Of a stretch of DNA of 64,000 nt, positions 37,029-49,429 are shown one piece after another. A model generated the notes under the pieces. The model had not been told where the DNA came from. It did not search any database and worked only from the letters and a program-made list of their open reading frames with translations. This DNA is from Octopus sinensis (taxonomy: Eukaryota): contig NC_043001.1 of NCBI RefSeq assembly GCF_006345805.1, positions 74,090,001 through 74,154,000 on the forward strand. Direction: 5' to 3'. Positions within the stretch are counted from its first letter, which is position 1, and each line of letters opens with the position of its first letter. The position numbers and the translations under genes were made by a program.

Positions 37029-37767
37029 GGGAGAGTTTACGAAAAAAACAAAAGACGAAGACAGGTGGTGTACAAAACAAACAGATGTATTAGTATATAT
37101 ATATATATAATTAAGGATTTCTTTCTTTATTTATATATATAATTAAGTTGCTTCACCACATACCGAAAATTTAGAAATAGCAGCCAAAGACAGCTTATAG
37201 CCTCGCCTGGCACCTGTGCAGGTGGCACGTAAAAAGCACCCACTACACTCACGGAGTGGTTGGCGTTAGGAAGGGCATCCAGCTGTAGAAACATTGCCAG
37301 ATAAGACTGGAGCCTGGTGCAGCCTTCTGGCTTCCCAGATCCCCGGTTGAACCGTCCAACCCATGCTAGCATGGAGAACGGACGTTAAACGATGATGATG
37401 ATAGGCAAAAGAAGAAAAATAACAAGATCAAATATATATATATGTATGTATATATATATATATATACACATACACACACACACACACATATATATATGAA
37501 TGTAAGCTTGCCACACGCTTAGCGCTGCGTATATGTGCATACATTTTTGTAGGCGCGGGCATGGCTGTGTGGTTAGGGAGCTTGCTTCCTAGCTATATGG
37601 TTTCAGGTTCAGTCCCACTGTGTGGCACTTTGGGTAGGTGTCTTTCACTATAGCCCCGAGCTGACTGGAGCTTTGTGATTGAATTCGGTAGGTGGAAGTT
37701 ACTGCCGTGTGTGTATATGTGCGTGTAGGTGCTTGTGCCTCTCCGAAAGAGAGAGAGAGGGATATAT

Positions 37768-37800
<33 letters not shown>
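36235..37800. repeat. Tandem duplication, unit about 785 bp (PLE end, RTE tail and SINE B head)
   Basis: 36243-37026 vs 37027-37800 are identical apart from microsatellite lengths and CTGACCGGAG vs CTGACTGGAG. Confidence 0.93.
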
Positions 37801-38862
37801 AATCCTTAAATCCTTAAAAATGTTTTAGCCCAAAGGCTGCGGCCATGCTGGGGCACCACCGCTGAATGAGCTACACTAATATGTGAATCCACCTCTGATA
37901 TGTGGCACTTGATCAACAAGGGAGTTCGATGCTGCTGCCCGCATCTGTGTCTCCTGTCGTGAGGTAGGTTCATCTGGGACTCCCGACAAGAAGAGATCCA
38001 GTTTAGTTTTAAAGAAACCCACATCCACACCATGCAAGTCTCTCAGGCATTTAGGGAGGATGTTAAAGAGCTGTGGTCCTCTGAAACCCAAGCTGTTGCA
38101 GTATCTGGTCCTGTATTTTGATGGTGATGTTGGAATCTTTGGCACCATGCAGTGATGCCCCGTTCTGCGGTTGGGGTAACTTTGAATGCCAAAGTTTGGG
38201 ACAAGACCCTCCAGGATTTTCCAGATGTATATCACCGCATACCTCTCCCGCCTCCGCTCTAGGGAGAAGAGGTTTAATACTTTCAGTCTCTCCCAGTAGC
38301 TGATATTTTGCATTGAGACGATCTTCTTTGTGTAGCTTCTCTGAATTGCTTTGAGTTCTGCTGTTAGTTTTATATTGTGTGGTGACCATAGTTGGGAGCA
38401 GTAGTCCAAGCGGCTGAGGACGAATGTTTTCCAGAGGACCATCAGTGTCTCCTTCTCTCTTGTTCTGAAAGTTCGGAGAATCCATCCAGCTAGCCGTCTG
38501 CATTTTATCACCAGATTAGTAATATGCACTTGGAAAGATGCATTATTGCTCATGTCAATGCCTAGGTCACGCACTGATTTTGACTCAGGGATTGCAATTC
38601 TTCCTGGGCCAGTGTATCCAGTCTGCACGTCGTTCACCTTTGTGTGCCGGTAGTGCAGGGCCTGGAACTTACCTGCATTAAACTGCATGTTGTTGTCCTC
38701 TGCCCATCTGTATATTTTATCCAACTCCTGTTGCAGATGCGCAATATTTTCAGGGTTTTGTATTGTGTGGGAGACTTTTGTGTCATCTGCATAGCTAGCA
38801 AGGGTGGCCATCATAGCAACTGAAGGCATGTCTGAAAGGGCCACTATGAACAGCAGTGGCCC

Positions 38863-38866
<4 letters not shown>
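37801..38866 (-). mobile_element. 5'-truncated CR1-clade LINE with an uninterrupted 330-codon RT C-terminal ORF
   Basis: GPLLF, YADDTK, LQQELDKIYRWAEDNNMQFN, VRDLG, SRLDYCSQLWSP and SLERRR. Short 3' UTR ending in (TTAAGGATT) repeats. (TA)n on both sides. Confidence 0.93.
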
Positions 38867-38884
<18 letters not shown>

Positions 38885-38904
<20 letters not shown>

Positions 38905-39095
38905 ATTATTTGAGGGAATATTAATCCTAACTTACAGGGAAAAAATTCAATTTAGAAATACTAAATCAAATTTCACACAATATAATATATATATATATAA
39001 TAATTATTTGAGGGAATATTAATCCTAACTTACAGGGAAAAAATTCAATTTAGAAATACTAAATCAAATTTCACACAATATAATATATATATATA
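38885..39095. repeat. Tandem duplication, unit about 99 bp
   Basis: TAATAATTATTTGAGGGAATATTAATCC..CACACAATATAATATAT is present twice, joined through (TA)n. Confidence 0.9.
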
Positions 39096-39682
39096 AAATT
39101 AGAAAAAAACCCTTTTATCAATTCAAAATGAACAATTAAATTACACCATCTAGAAATATTAAAATTAAAATAACAATAAAATACCGATGATTAAGTAAAT
39201 TGCAAAAAAATAATAAAAACGTATATAATTTGTAGAATAATGACACGTGTTTCGTGGCTATATTTAAGAAATGATTATAGTAAAAAATTAATAGTAGTAG
39301 TAAAATCATTTCGATATAAATATAGCCACACATTGGGTTAAAAATAAACTAGAATAATAAAATAATTAATTAATAAGTATACTTTAAAATATATATATAA
39401 GATACTAAATATACATTAAGTGAACACTAAAAACAATACTTAAATTATTCAATACTTTAAAATTAATTAATATACACAATGCTAGTACAAGTCATTAATA
39501 TATATATATATATATATCCACACAGGAACCTAGTTTGATTTGAAAACCCCACCAGAATGGGAGAAAGCGCTAATACATGATCTAAGTTATATGATGTATA
39601 AAAAAATGTAATATACAAATAATATCTGTAAATATAAACCATCCGATTTTCTGAGTACCTCATTTCTTCTAATATATATATA

Positions 39683-39736
<54 letters not shown>

Positions 39737-40141
39737 CTCACACATGCACACACACACAATTATATATATTTGTATATATATATGTATATATATGTGTGTG
39801 TGTGTGTGCGCACATGTATATTTGCACACACATATGTATATGTGTGCGTGTATATTTACACATGCATATATTACATACATATCCAAGAAGACAAAATAAA
39901 TATGGACAATTATACATCTACACAGTTTTTATTATTACAGCTATTCATACAGTATATTCTTTTTAACCTCTATCTGACATGTGTTTCTGTGGCATGGAAA
40001 TCTTATTAAGTGGTATTTATTTGCATCCTGCTGGTTGTTCTGCCTTCAAATTTCATCCTGGTTAAAAATGTATCCATGCAGCTTTATTCATGCTGTTACC
40101 ACTATTAAAGTTTGAAGTGAGCTGGAGCATAATAGTTTAGA

Positions 40142-40477
40142 CTAGTGGTTCTCAACCAGGGTCCATATGAGACCTGGGGGTTCGTATAAGATTTCTAGGG
40201 GTCCATGTATTACAAAATAGTAAATTAGCCATACATAGTAATATAATATGGGTCCACAAAAAAACTTTGATTTAGATGTGTTTATTGGAAGAAACAATTA
40301 AATTTTTTTTCTCTAATGTCTTACATAGTTCAATCTACACAAGTTAATGGTGGAAAAATAAAATAAGAGTTTTCAGAGAAGTGTCTATAAAACTAGCTTT
40401 TAAACACTGAATGACTATAAGGTCTGCCAGAATAAAATAATAGTCAAAGGGGTCCATAGATAGAAAATGGTTCAGAC
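40142..40477. mobile_element. hAT-like MITE relic
   Basis: Left end (C)TAGTGGTTCTCAACC plus GGGTCCAT subterminal motifs; partial right end AAAATGGTTCAGA. Confidence 0.55.
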
Positions 40478-40570
40478 AGTCTTATAATTTTGGTAGGAGA
40501 CAATTAGCATTGTGTACAAACAATGAGAGGTGACAGGGAGAAATCTGATATGACAATATGGAAGTAATCT

Positions 40571-40803
40571 TATTTCTTTATTGCCCACAAGGGGCTAAAC
40601 ATAAAGGGGACAAACAAGGACAGACAAAGGGATTAAGTCGAATACATCGACCCCAGTACGTAACTGGTACTTAATTTATTGAGCCCTGAAAGGATAAAAG
40701 GCAAAGTCGATCTCAGCGGAATTTGAACTCAGAACGTAACGGCAGATGAAATACCATTAAGCATTTCGCCCGGTGTGCTAACGTTTCTGCCAGCTTGCCG
40801 CCT
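40571..40803 (-). mobile_element. SINE family A, long-tail subfamily, full length with TSD
   Basis: Perfect 12 bp TSD TGGAAGTAATCT at 40559-40570 and 40804-40815. Confidence 0.92.
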
Positions 40804-41118
40804 TGGAAGTAATCTACCATATTGTGAACAATACCCCACTGCCCCAGCCTTACAAGTAAATTCTATTATCTTATATTTGTAAATTCTATTTGACTTGGAG
40901 ACTCCAAAAGTACACATTTCTTGCAGAAATTATTCATATCTAATTTACTTAAGGCTGATGGTTGAAATATATTCTGACCTGGCATCCATGATTCTACATC
41001 AAAACTTTAGGGTTGATCTGATAATGGATTTTTATATCCACATCAGATTTCTCCCTGGTATTGAAGAAGGTGACTTTGTGCCAGGTGATGAGGGACAAAA
41101 ACAAGTGTTGAAACAAAC

Positions 41119-41121
<3 letters not shown>

Positions 41122-41192
<71 letters not shown>
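41122..41192. repeat. (GA)n microsatellite
   Basis: Direct reading. Confidence 0.95.
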
Positions 41193-41202
<10 letters not shown>

Positions 41203-41579
41203 CAGAGACAGACAGACAGAGCAAGAGTAAGAGAAGGTGAAAGAGATGGTAGCAATTTGCCAAGACATCTGCTCAAAGTACAAGGATGTGAATATGAATA
41301 GAATAGCTGAGTAGGGAGTTTGCAAAAGTGCAAGGGGTCAGAAAGGGGGGAATGCAGTGAGGGGTGAGACAGAGGTGGTGGTGTATGATAGGATAGGTAT
41401 AATACAGTTGGCAGTGGGGGGACAGGATCAGGCTGCTGGAGTGAAGAAGGAGAGATAAGCATAATGCATGGAGAAGAGAAAAGGAAGAGATGTAGTTCAG
41501 CTCATTGGTGTAAGGTGCATGAATTAATGTTACATGTGGATGGCATAAACAGCACTTCCAGAACTCAAGAATCTCATAT

Positions 41580-42125
41580 CACCAGACATCTTGGTCCACT
41601 GTCATCTCCTCTGTGAGACCCAACATCTTGAGATCGGCCATCACTACTTCATCCTATATCTTCTTGGGTCTCCCTATTTCACAGGTGATTGGCACTTCAT
41701 ACAGCTGTCTTCATCCTCCATATGCATCACATGACCAAATTAATGTCATCTTCTCTCTTGTATATTACATCTGATTCCTCATATGCCCAACATTCCTCTC
41801 AGTACATTTGCACTTCGTTGTACATGCAGACTGATGTTGCAAATCCATTGGAGCATTCTAGTTTCATTTCTCTCTGGTCTACACATATCGTCTGCATTCA
41901 GGGCCCACATCTCTTAACCTTAGAGCATAGATGTTCATATGCAAGCATTATACAATCTGCTTTTCTCTCTGAGAGATAGTCATTTTGTTGCCAACAAAGG
42001 TAATAGCTCTTTGAACTTCCTCCGTCCTATTTTTATTCTTGTAACTACAATACTTTCAGAAGAGCCTCTACCACTGCTAATTTGGTCATGTGGGTTGCAA
42101 AAACTATTTACAACTTCAATGGAGC
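41580..42125 (-). mobile_element. Old RTE LINE 3' fragment
   Basis: Reverse-complement homology to 25850-26430 (GRPxKxxDEVV.., FRELLPLL.. segments). Confidence 0.7.
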
Positions 42126-43700
42126 CTCCTGGGCATTTGAGAAAGTTTTATTCCCATGCGTCCTTAGTGCGTATACGTATGTTGTTATATATATGTGTAT
42201 GTGTGTGTGTGTGTGTCTGGGAATGTTTGTGTAAGAATATATGTATATCTAGCTCTTAGCTAGTTTATTTAGCTAGCAAGCTAGATGCACACACACACAC
42301 ACACACACAACACACACACACACGTGTGTGTGTGTATGTGTGTATGTGCGTGTGCATGTACAATGATGATGATGATCTTCATCATCATCATCATCATCTT
42401 TGTTTTTCTTGCTGGCATAGATTTTACATCCAAACCATCATGTCTCCACTTGTCTTAATCCTGCTTCTAAATTCATTACCATCCCATTTCCACATTTACA
42501 CACTACCTATCTCTACCTACTTTCACCACATCTCACTATATGGTACAGATAATATCACTGAAATAGCACAGCTTATCAACAATTTCCAGTAAAACCCCTT
42601 AAGATATATATTTTCATGGCATCCCCTACTGCCAACCATTCCTGTACATCTGGTAAATCTATAGTTCTGCTTATCTGGCTGCCTGCCAGAGATCCCTCAG
42701 TACAGTTTGTGTACCCATTGTTTATGTTATTAATTATAATAGTTTTGATATGCTATTTTTGAGGGAAGGAACTAAATGCTTTACTGTTCAAGACTTGATC
42801 AATATTGGTTTCAAACTCTTGGCACAAGTACAGCAATTTCGCAGTAGTGGGTAAGTCAATTCATCGACTTAAGGACTTGATTGATACTTATTTTATTGAC
42901 TCGGAAAGGATGAAAGGTAAAGTTGACCTCAGCACAATTTGCACTCAGAACGTAAAAGACAGACGAAATGCCAGTAAGTGGTTTGTCCTGCATGTTAACA
43001 ATTTTGCCAGCTTACTGCCTTCAAGAGTTCAGTAATACTGGTTTTAAATTTTGGCACAGAATGGAAGCTGATGTGTTTATTAATGGAGCTGTTGTTGTGT
43101 GTAATGAATAAAGAAATAATGCAAGAATTATTTTTCCTACAGAATTTAAACTTTCAAATTTTGTCGGCAGAGCTTGAAGTTGCTCAACTACATTTTGGTG
43201 GTCCTAGATTGTACAATGTGTGCACCATTGAAAAATTCTTCATGCTCTTAATTTAAGTTTCAGAAATGAGCCCATTTTGAAGTGTCTTCATCAAAATAAG
43301 TATCTACTATAGATTTATTTTGCCAATTAGCTGAATATATTGTTCCTCCATTTGTGGAATTTCTTTCAAATTATTTAAGTGATTTTTGGAAGTTTGTTTG
43401 AAGTAATATTTTCTGGCATACAAATCAATTTTTCAGACCAAAATTTACAGTAAAAAAAAGTGGATCGACTTATAAACACAGATGATTTTGGAAGACTAAA
43501 AGTTCCCTGTGAAATGCAGCAGATTTTGAAAAGATTGTGATGATGTTAGAATATTTACACTACATGTTTATGCTATGTACAGCAATGACTTGAATGCCAG
43601 AAAATACAGTTGTTATGAATATTCTGTGAATATCTTTAACTCGTTTCAGTCATTAGACTGTGGCCATGTTGGGGCACCACTTTCAATTTTTAGTTGAATG

Positions 43701-44137
43701 TGTAGTGAGGCACAAGAAGCCAGTACCATTTTGATTGAGATCTCACTTGCAACCATTTGCCATGCACAAGACAACGAGATTCTTGCTAGCAACCATTATT
43801 TAAGCAATAAACAATGACATTCACTCTCTCATTTTTCTTCTCACAGTTATGCTGAGAAACACCACATAGCCAGCAGCTCACAGCGGACTCTTGTTCCGCT
43901 CTGACTCCACATGTTTATCTCCAGAGGTAATGAACCTCATGTGTATGGATTCAAGACAAATCATGCGCTGCTATAAAGATGGTCACTGAGAGTGAACTAC
44001 ATGAATGAGAACTCTGTAAATAAACGGCTTTGCTTGTGAACTTCTTCTTTGTGTTCCAGATCCTTGAAACTACAAAAAGAATTATAATGGGAGAAGGAGA
44101 TACTCCACAGGTATCATAAACCTTCCATTCCATTATA
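43701..44137 (+). mobile_element. Solo LTR inserted in a family B SINE
   Basis: Starts TGTAGTG and ends CATTATA (decayed CACTACA). 4 bp TSD AATG at 43697-43700 and 44138-44141. Internal AATAAA at about 44019. The SINE sequence resumes seamlessly on both sides (43635-43700, 44138-44412). Confidence 0.75.
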
Positions 44138-44591
44138 AATGTATCAATCCCAGTACATATTTTTTTAAAACCTGGTAATTATTCTATCAGTCTCCTTTGC
44201 TGAGCTACTAAATTATGGGGATGTAAACACACCAGTGCTGGTTATCAAGCAGTGGAGGAGGGCTCAAACGCAGACATAAAGATATGCACACATAGATATG
44301 TATACATATATACAATGCACTTTTTTCAGTTTCTATCTACCAAATCCATTCACAAGGCCTTGGTCAGCCCAAGGCTATAGTAGAAGACACTTACCCAAGG
44401 TACCACACAGTGTAGAGTTCTCCTTCTGAACTCCTATCTTTGTGTTAGAGGCTTTTTGTAAAGTAAGTTTTGTTAAAGCATATCATCTTTAAGTTATAGG
44501 ACATTTTGATAACTTAGAATCTTCTTATAGATAGAAAAGTATCATGGGTTTGTTTTATACATTAAATATTATTTATCATTTTATTACTTTA

Positions 44592-46255
44592 CTAGCAGTA
44601 TCACCCGGCGTTGCTCGGGTTTGTTTCGACCCGCTGGAATTGTAATTTTGAAAAGTAAAAATTTTGTGAACATTTTTCTGGTCGAAATACACCGAAAAGT
44701 GGCGACACAGCAGTGAAAAAATCGTAAAAAATAGGGATTTTCATAGAAAAAAGCATCTTTTTGATGTAAATAATTTTTGGTGTTAACATGGTCCGATTTG
44801 AATTTTATGTTCTACGGAAGGAAGAGCAACCCTTCTTCTACCATACTCTCAATTTTGGTCAACTTGCGCCGCAGGGTCTCGGAGGAGATAGTGTTAGTTG
44901 AAGGTTACCATTCTAGGTGCCTGAGTAACAACCTCGCGGATTTACAGATAAATGAATTAATTACTATTTTACAGAATAAAATTAAATAATTCTTGAAAAT
45001 TAATTAATATTAATATTTTTTGAACAAAGTAAATAATTTTTAAAACTTAAATAATAATTTTTTTTACACAAACGCGAACGGGGAAAAGGGGGTGGCAAAT
45101 TCGATTTACATACCTAAATTTTTTCTTTTTCATGACATTGTAGCAAAATAGTAGTGAATTATATAAATACCAGCAGTACATTTTTTTTTCTGGGGTATTT
45201 TTTTTCAACCTCGTCACATATTTGCCCCTTTCAATTTAAACAAAGTCTTAATTAAGCAATTACGGCAGCTTAGCAATGGTTTCAATACAGGCGTGACATG
45301 TGTATCTCAATTGTTCAAAACCCTTCGAATTTTTTCGCACGTGATGATATCATAGTGAAAACTTTCAATTACGCGCACTTAGAAGTACGCTCGCAAATTA
45401 ATACTACCAAAATTTTGAAGTCCGCGCTCCGCTTGTGTGTGTGTGTGTGCGTGCTTTAGGTGTACGTAGGTATGTGTTTTTGTGTGTGTGTGTCACTGAA
45501 GCCATACATACATATATACATACATAACCTCTCTCTCTCTTTTCTCTCTCAGTCACTCACTACAAAAAGTGAATAAAAAAAGTTCAGTTATTTCTGTCTT
45601 TCATTCTGTCTGTCTCTTTACACACACTAACAAAAGCACTTCACTTACACACCACACTTTCTGTGTCGCACAACCCATCAAACACACACACACACACACA
45701 CACTCACGCACGCACACATGTACATCAATGCTTTCGGAGTGAAATGTTAAAATATTGAGTTTTCTCGAATTTTGTCTTAATTGGGGGTGAAATTGAAAGA
45801 AATATATTATGGCATGACCGAATGGAGTACTTTGAAAAATCTTAGGTAAACTCTAATTGAAGAAATTGTGTGAGGAGTAAATCGTTATGTATTTATTTGT
45901 TTCTGTTTGCTGTGTTTTTTTTTTTTTTTGAGTAGTGGTTTAAATACTTTCAGTTTAGTCTTCCTCAAATCACTCTGTCGCTATTTACTTTCATTTTATT
46001 CGTTGCACACTGTGTGTGTGCGTGTGCGTGTGGTGTAAACCACATTAAGAAAAGCATTTGACATACACACCAGAATGTGAGTTTCCTGTAAATTTTGCTT
46101 AATTGGAGTTTAAATTTTAAAAACTGCACCTGGCATGACCCGATGCATTCTACTCTTAAAAATGCTAGGTAAATTGTAATTGAAGAAATCCTATATTGTA
46201 GATTTCTATAAGTTACAAAGGGAGGCAGATAAAATCTGCCTTTTATAATAAGAGA
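44592..46255 (-). mobile_element. Non-autonomous Helitron (about 1.66 kb)
   Basis: On the minus strand: host A | TCTCTTATTATAAAAGG... 3' hairpin ACCCGAGCAACGCCGGGT then ..CTGCTAG | host T. No TSD. Confidence 0.85.
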
Positions 46256-46393
46256 TTATTGTATTATTAAAGCACTGGTCATCTGTTTCTTTTTATGTTC
46301 AATATTTAAGGATTAAGAAATGTCTAAATATCCCTTTCTTTAAAAGTACCTTTTCCTCCAGCTTCTTTGTGTCTGTCTCTCTCTTTTTGATTA

Positions 46394-46757
46394 TCTCTAT
46401 ATATATAAACGGCAAAATGTCTGTGTGCATGTCCTTTATACAAATCCACAATTTTTCAATTAGAGGGCTTGCACTTTCTATAGTCATTCAAAACCGTCCA
46501 AGGGTGGTCGTGCACATCTTTACATTTCCCCAGTCACTCTGCAAAGCCATTAAAAAATCAATAGAAGTGACTTTTTTGTGAATTTTCTATCCAAAACCCA
46601 ATCAAAATGCCCAAAACTTGATATGCCAATTGAATGCCAGCTAGCTGTATGTGATTGGTCAGAAATTTGGACAGTACTCGCATGTATGTGCGCATGCACG
46701 CAGCTGTAAATGCATGCACTAGCACTATAACCTGGCAACGGCGAGTCATAGTGCTAG
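46394..46757 (+). mobile_element. Non-autonomous Helitron (about 364 bp)
   Basis: A | TCTCTATATATATAAACGGC ... subterminal ACCTGGCAACGGCGAGT, ..GTGCTAG | T. Confidence 0.8.
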
Positions 46758-47944
46758 TTGTGTATAAATGTATGAATTTAGTTCTATCTCACATGCTTAC
46801 ATATGTTTATTTTCCCTATTTCTCCTCTACTCTTTAGAATCCCTTAAGTTTATATTTGTGTATAAATGGATGAGTTTATTTCTCTCTATCTCGCATCTGT
46901 TTATCTATGTTTACTTTCCCTCAACAGAATGAAATAAATTTACTTTTCTTCTCTTCTCCTCTCAGCTTCAATACATCTATTTTTCCTGTCTTAAATTTAC
47001 ACACTTCTCCAATATTTACATCTAACATTACTGTGTATAATATAACATTCACTTATGTTATAACGTAACATTCACACACACATGTCAATACCTTCTTATT
47101 TTCTTTTTCTTCCTTTTTTTCTCTTCTGTCCTTTTCCTCATTCTTTCCTTCTCTTCTTTAACCCTTCCTATTAAATTTGTACCCTTTCTCCCTTATTCTT
47201 CTCTTCTTACTTATTCCTATACTTATTCTTACAAGTATACATCTTTGTCTTCCATTTTCCATACTTTAATTTTATCTTTACTCAAAAAGACCCATCTACT
47301 ACAGCAGAATTAATACTAGTGCTGATGCCATATAAAAAGCACTGGTGTTGGTGCCAATGTTAAAAGCACTTGTGCTGGTGCCCCATATAGAGCACCCAGT
47401 ACACTTTGTGGAATGGTTGGTGTTAGGAAGGGCATCCAGCCACAGAAACCATGCCAGAACAGACAATGGTGCCTGGTACTGCCTCTGGCCTTACCAGTTC
47501 TGGTCAAACCATTCAACCCATGCCAGCATGGAAAACGGATGTTAAATGATAATGATGATGATGATGGTTCTTATTTTTATATTTATAATTACTTCTTTGT
47601 AAATGGTCAAATTTTATATTTTAAATTACTAAGTTTTTACAGTATTCCTTCTCTTTGCATTTATCTTAACAAAAGACACAATCTTCTTTTCTTTCACAGT
47701 GTAATTCCTAAACTTTGTCTTCTTGTTCATCACTTTTTTTTTCTTTTTTGCCTGTTTTGACCAAGAATTTGCCTTCTGGATAATTTCCCTTGTCAATGGT
47801 TGAATTTTAAAATTAAAACAACTAAACTTTAAAATTCTGGTATCTTTGCATAATATGGGCTTCATTTTGAGGCCTGTATATGCTAATATAAGCATCTTTA
47901 TGTATGCTTGCAATAATTCTAATTTTGGCCTGTTTTATCAAGCC

Positions 47945-48440
47945 CCTCAGTGATATTTGAACTCAGAATTTTCAAAAAACCAGAAGAAATGTTGCTAAGC
48001 ATTTTATCCAGTTTGGTAATTATGCTTGCAATAATCTGTTCTACTGGAAGCACAAAGCCTCAAATTTGGGGGAAGTGATTAAGTCAATTTCCTTGACTCC
48101 AGTGTGTAACTGGTTCTTAATTTATTGGCCCTGAAAGGACAAAAGGCTAAGTCGACCCTGGTGGCATTTGAACTCAGAATGTGAAGACAGATGTAATACC
48201 ACTAAGCATTTCATCTGGGATGCTAACGACTCTGCTAGCTTGCTGCCATAACTATGCTTGTAAAAATGGTTACAAATTTCAAGGACAGTAATTACATTGA
48301 TTGTTCAACTGGTACTTATTTAACCAACCCCAAAAGGATGAAAGGTAAAGTTGACCTTGGTGGAATTTGAACTCAGAATCTGAATGCTTAGTGACATTTT
48401 GTCTGGTATGCTAACAATTCTACCAGCTTGTCACCTTAAC
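47945..48440 (-). mobile_element. Three tandem SINE family A copies or fragments
   Basis: TTTGAACTCAGAAT (reverse complement of the B-box region) recurs at about 47956, 48167 and 48366. Confidence 0.7.
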
Positions 48441-48717
48441 TATGCTTGTAATAACATTATAATAAAATCTTAGTTGTGGCAAAAGATGATGATATGAATG
48501 TAAAAAAATAAAATGACTTTAAAATTTTCATTCTTACTCTGTGTTGTTGTTGTTGTCATTATTTTAATGTCCACTTTTCCATGCTTTCATGGGTCAGACA
48601 AATTTTATCGAGACAGATTCTTTACTGCTGGATGTTCTCCCATTCACTAACTCTCACTTGTTTCATTCATGCACACACACACACACTCACACACACACAC
48701 ATTCACATATGTATGTA

Positions 48718-48721
<4 letters not shown>

Positions 48722-48800
<79 letters not shown>
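48722..48800. repeat. (TG)n microsatellite
   Basis: Direct reading. Confidence 0.95.
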
Positions 48801-48806
<6 letters not shown>

Positions 48807-49429
48807 TATTGCTCTTTCATATGAAATATACAGAACTGCTAAAAAGAAGTGCTTGGGTCTAACCTGAGACAAAAGATAAGAATCAAGATATAAACTCAAA
48901 TTAGGCAATCATACTCATACATTTATAAATTCGATTAAAAAGGCATATACATGGATTAATACATATTGACACATATGAAAATTTTTAAAACATATTCACA
49001 AAATATAAATATATATATATAAATATACATGAAAATACATGTAAATAAAACCCATGTGGGATATGTATGGAAGGAAGTGTGAGAAAAAGAGGACTGATAA
49101 AAAAGTGGACTGAAAATATTTTTTTGTATTGAAATTAAAAGCGGTTAAAAATTTTGATTAAAAGATCCATAGAGTTCGGTGCGTTTTTTAAAAATATAAA
49201 TGGTATATAAGGTGCATAATACAGTTCGAGGAAGTTCACTTTCAACAGCCGTTTCTAGAGCTCATGTCCTGGTAGAAAAATTAATAAATCTTACAAACCA
49301 TGTGGACAACATCCACTTCATCAGGAAAGGTATATAAAAACTCAACAACTCTCACCTCATATATATACTATTTTCCTAAACAACAGAGCCACTTATCCAC
49401 ATATATATATATATATAAATATATATATA

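Noticed and set aside
40729-41230. Possible hidden exons (ORFs 40729-40917 minus and 40895-41230 plus)
   Set aside because: They run into a SINE and a (GA)n tract, with no recognisable domain and no consistent splice partners.
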